A stretch of DNA of 64,000 nucleotides from Candidatus Thorarchaeota archaeon (GTDB lineage: Archaea > Asgardarchaeota > Thorarchaeia > Thorarchaeales > Thorarchaeaceae): contig DXJO01000022.1 of the NCBI GenBank assembly GCA_019057475.1, forward strand, positions 22,465-86,464. The letters run 5' to 3'. Below the pieces are notes generated by a model, which had not been told where the DNA came from, ran no database searches, and saw only the letters and a list, made by a program, of their open reading frames with translations. Shown here piece after piece: positions 57,965 through 64,000 of this stretch. The translations under genes and the position numbers were made by a program. Within the stretch, counting starts at the first letter, position 1. Each line of letters begins with the position of its first letter.

Positions 57965-58225
57965 ATGGCCAGCTACGACTTGGGAACAACGACGTTCCTA
58001 GACCACGACGTAGACACACTTACTGAGGCCATTGGCATTCCTGAAATTCGCTTCGATGATCTTGTAGCTTTGGCTAAGGAAGCTTGGGAGCATGAAGACA
58101 CGATTAGCGAGTCGCTGGAATACATTGTGGAGAGAGTGAACGGCTCGGAACTTATCCTCACGCTGATCTTCTTCGGTCGGATCTGGGAGGGCATTGAGGA
58201 GAGCAAAGAGGAGAACAGTGAGTAA
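57965..58225 (+). CDS. Small acidic hypothetical protein
   Basis: 86-aa ORF with AGGAG before ATG; lies between two minus-strand genes. Confidence 0.7.
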   Translation: MASYDLGTTTFLDHDVDTLTEAIGIPEIRFDDLVALAKEAWEHEDTISESLEYIVERVNGSELILTLIFFGRIWEGIEESKEENSE

Positions 58226-58249
58226 CTCTTACGATTGCACTCCATTGAT

Positions 58250-59713
58250 TCACTTATAGCTGCTACGGGCCATTAGCTCCCCCATCTCGGCAATGAGCAA
58301 CTTGTTGTATATGCCGTACCCCTGCTCATACACGGGTACATTCTCAGGAATGGGTTGTCTTCGTTCCTCGACATGAAACATGCTTTCTATTGCGTTCTCG
58401 AAGCTGTCATAGATTCCAGAGCCTACTGTTCCCAAGATAGCTGCGCCCACGACCGTCGAATCACGACATCGAGGCAGTAGCACAGGCTTGTTGGTGCAAT
58501 CAGCAATTATCTGGCGCCATAAGGGGGAGTTCGATCCTCCACCATCTATTTGAATCTCATCAAACTCCAGATCAAGCAGACCCTCCATCATCTGAACGTA
58601 AAATTGGATTGCGTACCCATTCGCCTCCATTATCGCCCTAGCGATATGCGCTTTTGTATGCCTGAAACTAAGATTGTAGAAGATGCCCTTGTCATAGGCC
58701 ATCCATGGAAAGAACACAAGACCATCGCTTCCTGCAGGAACGGATGCTGATGATGATTCTATAACCTCCCAAACATCTCGGTCGGTCCTTGCGGCTAGAA
58801 TCGTTTCAGGCTCGCAGTACTGGTCTCGAAACCATTTGTAAGCCAACCCGGTTCCAGGAATCACTCCTTCGAGAATCCATTTCCCCGGAATAGCTGCGGG
58901 ATTGCAGAACATAACGAAAGTGTCCTCAATGAAATCGTCAGTGTGGGTTATGACAAAGGTGCCTGTGCCTGTTGTAGCTTTTACCACTCCAGTCTTCACG
59001 GCTCCTGTTCCCAATGCCGAACACTGCTGGTCACCGCTTCCCATGATTACAGGGAGGCCCTTTCGCAAGCCTGTAGCTTTGGAGGCTTCAGAACTGACGT
59101 CTCCAAGCACCTTGGCAGGGTTAACAATCTCAGCCAACATATCTGGGGGAATGCCGGTCTTCTCACATAGCTCCTCAGACCAGGTGAGTGTTTGATGGTC
59201 AATGGGTCCGAATCTTGCGTTTGCGGGATCGGTTGACATCTCCCCACAGAGGCGGTAATTGATGAGCGCATCAAGAGGGAGTATTTTGTGGGTTTTCTTG
59301 AACAAGCTAGGCCTATTCTCAGCAAACCACATTATCTTCTTTACAGAGCCACGAGGACCGAGTTCGTCACTCATCTCATGAGCCCGGTCGGTTGACCGAA
59401 AATCAACCCACGTGACAGTTGGGGCGAGGGGCTTTCCCTTCTTATCAACAAGTGTGATGCAGTCGCGCGTCGTGGTGGCGACTACGGCCACTATGGCCGC
59501 GGCTGCCCTGTCAACCTGAGAGAGAGCTCTCTGCATAGTGTTGCACGAAGCCCGCCAGTACGCATCCGCAAGCTGCTCGTGAATTCCAACCTCGCGAGGT
59601 GGAGGAGGATATTCCTCATAGGCCTTGCTGACTTCACGCCCTTCTTCATCCATTAATACGGAACGAGTACCTGTAGTGCCAATGTCGAACACCGCGATCA
59701 ATCGTTGACTCAT
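58250..59713 (-). CDS. FGGY-family carbohydrate kinase (xylulo-/glycerol-kinase-like)
   Basis: DIGTTGTR, GSGDQQC, TGTG, DGGGS and GAA motifs; start MSQRL. Confidence 0.92.
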   Translation of the reverse strand: MSQRLIAVFDIGTTGTRSVLMDEEGREVSKAYEEYPPPPREVGIHEQLADAYWRASCNTMQRALSQVDRAAAAIVAVVATTTRDCITLVDKKGKPLAPTVTWVDFRSTDRAHEMSDELGPRGSVKKIMWFAENRPSLFKKTHKILPLDALINYRLCGEMSTDPANARFGPIDHQTLTWSEELCEKTGIPPDMLAEIVNPAKVLGDVSSEASKATGLRKGLPVIMGSGDQQCSALGTGAVKTGVVKATTGTGTFVITHTDDFIEDTFVMFCNPAAIPGKWILEGVIPGTGLAYKWFRDQYCEPETILAARTDRDVWEVIESSSASVPAGSDGLVFFPWMAYDKGIFYNLSFRHTKAHIARAIMEANGYAIQFYVQMMEGLLDLEFDEIQIDGGGSNSPLWRQIIADCTNKPVLLPRCRDSTVVGAAILGTVGSGIYDSFENAIESMFHVEERRQPIPENVPVYEQGYGIYNKLLIAEMGELMARSSYK

Positions 59714-59817
59714 TGTGTTCACCAAATCCCTGAGAGAAGCAACCAATCACTGTCAAGAGCCCAATAATAATTGCTCGACAGGAAGAGTGTTATCCCCGAG
59801 GGGTTGTAGAGAGCGAG

Positions 59818-60753
59818 ATGTCTGACTATCCGGTGCATGTGGAGATTGAACACAAGGTCCATCTGATTCGAGGCACAAACAGGGCCAGGTTCCCCGAAGC
59901 CAATGCCCTGCTTATAGATGACGAAGTTTTAACTCTGGTTGATGCAGGAGCAAGTAGAAACCACATAGTCACAACGCTGAAAGATCTTGGGCACAATCCG
60001 GAGGACATTGATAGGATAGTCCTTAGCCATTTCCATATTGACCACAAGGGGCACGCAGCTCATTTCCAAGAGGTTTCCGACTGTACCGTGATGAGTCACC
60101 CAAGTGCGGACCATGGAATCAAGACTCTAGATGGCCTTATCGATTTCTACGGGATCAAGACTCACAGATTCTTCAACCAGTGGCGATACTTCATTGAAGC
60201 TAGATTACCTCATGTGACATCGGACTATAGAGTAGACGAGCACTTTGAGGATGGCAAGCCTATTGATTGTGGTGAGGTTGAACTAATTCCCATTCATGCA
60301 CCTGGGCATTCAGTGGACCACACCTGCTTTGGCATCAATGGCTGCGACACAATCCTGCTCGTGGATATCGATTTGACGAGATTCGGACCGTGGTATGGCA
60401 ACAAGGTGAGCGACATCACGCAGTTCAAGGAAACGATGAAGAGAATCATCGAACTAGAACCGAAGACTGGAATATCTAGTCACCTCCTAGATCCAGTCAC
60501 TGAGAACCTTCGCGAGCGGTTGATTGACTTCGAAGCTGCATTCGACCAACGTGACAAACGAATATTGGAATGCATTTCACAGGGTCACGATACGATTGAG
60601 AAGCTTGGCCAGGTACCTGCAATCTATCCGCGGATTCCACACGAGGTGTTCCTGACATTTGAGGAAATTATGCTTCAGAAACACGTAGATATCCTCTCAG
60701 AGAAAGGGCTGATTCTCGTTGAGGACGGGCAGTTACAGGTACAGAAAGCGTAG
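59818..60753 (+). CDS. Metallo-beta-lactamase-fold hydrolase
   Basis: SHFHIDH, PGHSVDH, DID and SSH motifs. Confidence 0.92.
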   Translation: MSDYPVHVEIEHKVHLIRGTNRARFPEANALLIDDEVLTLVDAGASRNHIVTTLKDLGHNPEDIDRIVLSHFHIDHKGHAAHFQEVSDCTVMSHPSADHGIKTLDGLIDFYGIKTHRFFNQWRYFIEARLPHVTSDYRVDEHFEDGKPIDCGEVELIPIHAPGHSVDHTCFGINGCDTILLVDIDLTRFGPWYGNKVSDITQFKETMKRIIELEPKTGISSHLLDPVTENLRERLIDFEAAFDQRDKRILECISQGHDTIEKLGQVPAIYPRIPHEVFLTFEEIMLQKHVDILSEKGLILVEDGQLQVQKA

Positions 60754-60776
60754 GGGGTTAAGACCCCACTACGTCA

Positions 60777-61568
60777 TTATTTGTGTTTGAATTTGGGTTT
60801 ATCTTTTAACTTTGACAGGAAAGCGTCGACTCCGATTTCCTTGTCTTCGGTTCCAAATGTCTGACAGAAGGCATCAACCTCGAAGTCAAGATTCTTCTCC
60901 AATGGCAAATTCCACGCGTGATTCAGTGACTGTTTCGCAAGCTTGACCGCTACGCCAGGTTTTCCAGCTAGCTTCTTCGCTAGAGCTGCGGTGCCTTCTC
61001 TCAGCGCCTCGACTGACTCGAAGACCCTGTCCACAAGTCCAATCCGCAGCGCTTCTTCAGCCTTCAGATTGTCGCCCGTGTAGACAAGCTCCTTGGCCTT
61101 CCCAAGGCCCACGAGTCTTGGAAGACGTACGGTTCCACCAAAACCAGGAATGATGCCCAAGTTAATCTCCGGCTGTCCCAATAGAGCGTTAGCTGAGGCA
61201 TATCGAATGTCACAGGCCATGGCAATCTCGCAACCACCACCAAGCGCGAACCCATTGATGGCGGCGATCACTGGCTTGCTCATTGACTCCATGTACTTAC
61301 AGAATTCCTGGCCGTTTTGCGCAAGGGGCCTGACAGTTTTAGAATCCTTATCCTTGAACTCTGCTATGTCCGCTCCGGCTGCAAACGCCTTCTCTCCAGT
61401 TCCAGTTAGAATGACAACTCTCACAGAGTTGTCTTCCTCGGCCTGCTTCATCATCTCTCTGAGAGTGCCCACCACTGCAGTGTTTAGGGCATTGTATTTC
61501 GCCGGCCGATTAATTGTAACTGTCGCAACTCCATTATAAACTTCGTATAGAACATCCTGCTCAGACAT
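60777..61568 (-). CDS. Enoyl-CoA hydratase (crotonase)
   Basis: NRPAKYNAL, AAGADI, GFALGGGCE and QPEINLGIIPGFGG motifs; start MSEQD. Confidence 0.95.
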   Translation of the reverse strand: MSEQDVLYEVYNGVATVTINRPAKYNALNTAVVGTLREMMKQAEEDNSVRVVILTGTGEKAFAAGADIAEFKDKDSKTVRPLAQNGQEFCKYMESMSKPVIAAINGFALGGGCEIAMACDIRYASANALLGQPEINLGIIPGFGGTVRLPRLVGLGKAKELVYTGDNLKAEEALRIGLVDRVFESVEALREGTAALAKKLAGKPGVAVKLAKQSLNHAWNLPLEKNLDFEVDAFCQTFGTEDKEIGVDAFLSKLKDKPKFKHK

Positions 61569-61752
61569 TGTCTGTACCTCTCCAGGTCGATGTTCATTTG
61601 GCCGGGATGGTCCATAATAAGAGTTCGGAGACAGGACCTCGTCTTTCGCGCCTTTCATGCTGCATCATCCGCGAAATTAGTCAAGTTCATAACTCTTATC
61701 TAGGAGTTTTTTTCTGACTGCTGATTAGTTAGCCAATCTATGGTGGAGAAAT

Positions 61753-62079
61753 ATGAACATAGATGCCTGGAAAAAATCCCTTGAAGCCATGAGAAATTCG
61801 GTTGTTTCTTCATTTGAATTGGGAACGCTATCACAGGAACAGGAACTTTTCCTTAAGGCGTGGACGACCCAGAAAGACATCGCGTTCATAGGCTACCGAC
61901 AGAACGATGGACGACGGCGGATACAGGATATAACTGAAACAATAGATGATGCGCTCGCCCGCCTTGATGATTGCGATTACAAAGCTGCAGCTAGAGTCTA
62001 TCACGACACATTGAACAGGGTATCCACGTTGACGCTTTGGGCACACATGCTGGAGTCCTCTTCCAGCGCTGGTTCCTGA
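61753..62079 (+). CDS. Hypothetical helical protein
   Basis: 108-aa ORF with GGTGGAG upstream. Confidence 0.7.
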   Translation: MNIDAWKKSLEAMRNSVVSSFELGTLSQEQELFLKAWTTQKDIAFIGYRQNDGRRRIQDITETIDDALARLDDCDYKAAARVYHDTLNRVSTLTLWAHMLESSSSAGS

Positions 62080-62080
62080 G

Positions 62081-62113
62081 GAAAAAAGAAAGTGAGAGGG
62101 CGTTTGAGCCCTC
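62081..62113 (-). terminator. Hairpin + U-tract terminator after DUF35
   Basis: GAGGGC/GCCCTC stem (62096-62113) followed by TTTCTTTTTTC on the minus strand. Confidence 0.6.
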
Positions 62114-62123
62114 ATCTTGGTTT

Positions 62124-62543
62124 TCAAACCAGGAATTTGTAGGTTAGCTTCTTTTCGTCAATATGGTCGAATGCGAGCTTGAGAGCCATCCCCACTTCAG
62201 GCACGCTCATCAAGTTCGTGATGTGTGCTGTCAAGCGAAGCCCGGAGGGAAACTCGCCTATAGCCACAACGTATGGGGCTTTCGACGCCAAGCTCTCCGG
62301 AGCAAAGTCCACGACAACATAGGAGCGGAGTTTCGCCTCCCTTTCGGTAAACTCCTTGAGCTCGCATAGGCTTAAGCACTTCTGACAGTGCTCCCTCGGT
62401 GGTAGAAACTCGGTGCCGCACTGCGTGCAAACGCTCTTCATGAGCTTCTCTTGATCGAGAAACTCAAGGAATTCTTGGAAGAACGGAGTCACTGCCTTAT
62501 CCGAACTGTATCCAAGGTAAAGTTCTTTCTTCTCGGTCATCAT
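62124..62543 (-). CDS. DUF35 Zn-ribbon/OB-fold thiolase partner
   Basis: CTQCG...PPREHCQKC and APY motifs; translationally coupled to the thiolase. Confidence 0.92.
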   Translation of the reverse strand: MMTEKKELYLGYSSDKAVTPFFQEFLEFLDQEKLMKSVCTQCGTEFLPPREHCQKCLSLCELKEFTEREAKLRSYVVVDFAPESLASKAPYVVAIGEFPSGLRLTAHITNLMSVPEVGMALKLAFDHIDEKKLTYKFLV

Positions 62544-63709
62544 TACCAACCTCGTTCGAAAATAAACACGTTCACAAACTGCCCACTCTGCCCGACATTG
62601 TGCGCAAGACCTATCTTGACATCGTCAATCTGGCGGGACTGATTCTCAGCCTCGCCCCTCATCTGTTTGAGAATCTCGTATGTCATTGAAAGCCCTGTCG
62701 CACCAAGTGGATGGCCCTTGCTCTTGAGGCCACCATCGCAATTGACCGGTATCCGACCGTCATGATAGACTTCCTTGTTTTCGATTAGCTCGCGACCCTT
62801 GCCGGGCTCTGCAAGACCGAGGTCTTCGTAAGCGATGAGCTCAGCAATGCTAAAACAATCATGAACCTGAACCATGTCAAGATCCTTGGGTCCAACTCCA
62901 GCCATATCGTAAGCGGCCTTGGCTGCACGTTTTGCGCCGGGAATAGATGTAAGGCTTTCCCTGTCTTGAATCATCATCGCAGATGCACCTGCGCCAATGC
63001 CTTTGATCCACATGGGTTGGTCAGTGAATTCCTTCACTCGCTTCTCAGCAGCGATGATAACACCAGCGGCACCATCTGTGATTAGACTGCAATCATAGAG
63101 GTTTAGCGGCCTGCAGATTGGTACTGCATTGTTAGCCTCCTCGAGGGTTACCTCTCTTGGGAGGTGCGCTTTTGGATTCTGTGCTCCATAGTGATGTGAC
63201 TTAACAGAAATCCTGGACAACACCTCATGTGGCATGTCGTATTTATGCATGTATCGTGAAGCCATGAGAGCATAAAAGGCTGGGAATGATATCCCGTAGG
63301 GGTATTCCCATCTCATGTCCCCAGCCATTGACATGTACTCTGTCGCAACGGCAGATGACACTCGATTCATCTGTTCCACACCCAGCACCAGCATCACATC
63401 GTAGAGACCCGCGGCTACCATCCCCCACGCTGCTCTCAATGATGCTGTACCAGTAGTACATGCAGATTCGACTCTAAGGTGCGGTTTATTCTGAAGTCCC
63501 AGATAGTCAGCCATAAGTGCTGATCCAGCACCCTGACCGGTGAACTGCGATGCCGCATAGGAGAGGACTGTTGCGTCAATCTTATCCTGGGTTACACCAG
63601 CATCATAGATTGGCTTGTATGCTTCCGCACAGAGCTCTCTCATCGTGGCATCGTAGCGCTTGCCAAATTTGCTGTGACCAGCTGCGACCACAGCAACCTT
63701 TCTTGCCAT
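62543..63709 (-). CDS. Thiolase (SCP-x / archaeal acetoacetyl-CoA thiolase type)
   Basis: ESAC, NPKAH, DCSLITDGAA, HDCF, GHPLGATG and HNVG motifs. Confidence 0.95.
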   Translation of the reverse strand: MARKVAVVAAGHSKFGKRYDATMRELCAEAYKPIYDAGVTQDKIDATVLSYAASQFTGQGAGSALMADYLGLQNKPHLRVESACTTGTASLRAAWGMVAAGLYDVMLVLGVEQMNRVSSAVATEYMSMAGDMRWEYPYGISFPAFYALMASRYMHKYDMPHEVLSRISVKSHHYGAQNPKAHLPREVTLEEANNAVPICRPLNLYDCSLITDGAAGVIIAAEKRVKEFTDQPMWIKGIGAGASAMMIQDRESLTSIPGAKRAAKAAYDMAGVGPKDLDMVQVHDCFSIAELIAYEDLGLAEPGKGRELIENKEVYHDGRIPVNCDGGLKSKGHPLGATGLSMTYEILKQMRGEAENQSRQIDDVKIGLAHNVGQSGQFVNVFIFERGW

Positions 63710-64000
63710 TTATTATCCTCCGTAGGAAGAGCCTGACTGATCCAAGCAGTGCAGAGCTCTACAGTGTCCTGATTCGAGTTCCTCACCTCAGGGAACCCCA
63801 TCTTAAGGATTCTGATTCATCCTGAAGAGGTAATTCATTATCGATTGTGGCAACAGAATATAGGTTGCCTAGAAATACCTCTACAGGGCGAGCGAAAAAT
63901 AAAGGGTATGTAACAGCTGCAGAAAACCTGTACAAAATTGGACATCTCTTAGATGAATAGCGAATCGAAGACCCTTTTTTGTAGGTGTTAATATACTCCA

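Noticed and set aside
61643-61676. E2F-like sites TTTCGCGC / CCGCGAAA upstream of crotonase (a similar one lies near 22161-22181)
   Set aside because: A degenerate 8-mer is expected several times by chance in 64 kb, so this is not evidence without conservation.
63710-63830. Structured leader/riboswitch upstream of the thiolase (GTTCC/GGAAC hairpin)
   Set aside because: Only short stems and no recognisable aptamer or C/D boxes.
1-64000. Genome-wide TAG reassignment
   Set aside because: Numerous conserved genes (oppB, oppC, oppF, HAD, stomatin, glpA) end at TAG exactly where homologues end.

Overview
Gene-dense archaeal chromosomal segment, most likely from an Asgard archaeon (Thorarchaeia-like). 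That assignment is inferred from gene content (longin-like domain, PDCD5, E2F-like and presenilin-like proteins, SCP-x-type thiolase/DUF35 pair, TATA-type promoters), not from a marker gene. I found no rRNA, tRNA, CRISPR array or transposase. Housekeeping and metabolic content: HAD phosphatase, PGI/PMI, a split oligopeptide ABC system with a circularly permuted OppA, DUF92, an ECF S component, stomatin/NfeD, a CPBP protease, a COG2403 NTPase, MazG-like, TatD, RsmB, a glycerol/ether-lipid-like catabolic run (FGGY kinase, glpABC, AGPS-like flavoprotein, Fe-S protein, radical SAM, GNAT, ALDH), crotonase and thiolase. Main observations: (1) At 24.9-33.5 kb an amidohydrolase and a CDC48-N-like/VWA protein sit head-to-head with an 887-aa protein that is a fusion of paralogues of both, with both metal sites erased. 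It is flanked by HEAT-repeat, coiled-coil and VWA-wHTH-Ig genes, and may be linked to a carboxylate-amine ligase carrying six Ig-like domains at 15.5 kb. This is the best candidate for an undescribed system. (2) An E2F/DP-like winged-helix plus coiled-coil transcription factor at 34 kb. (3) A GxGD protease with eukaryote-type presenilin motifs. (4) Two tandem structured sRNA-like elements near 0.6-0.9 kb. (5) A 570-bp tandem duplication with a hypervariable core. (6) An acyl-CoA ligase split by an in-frame UAG. All family assignments come from motif recognition by eye; no database search was run, so novelty is unverified.
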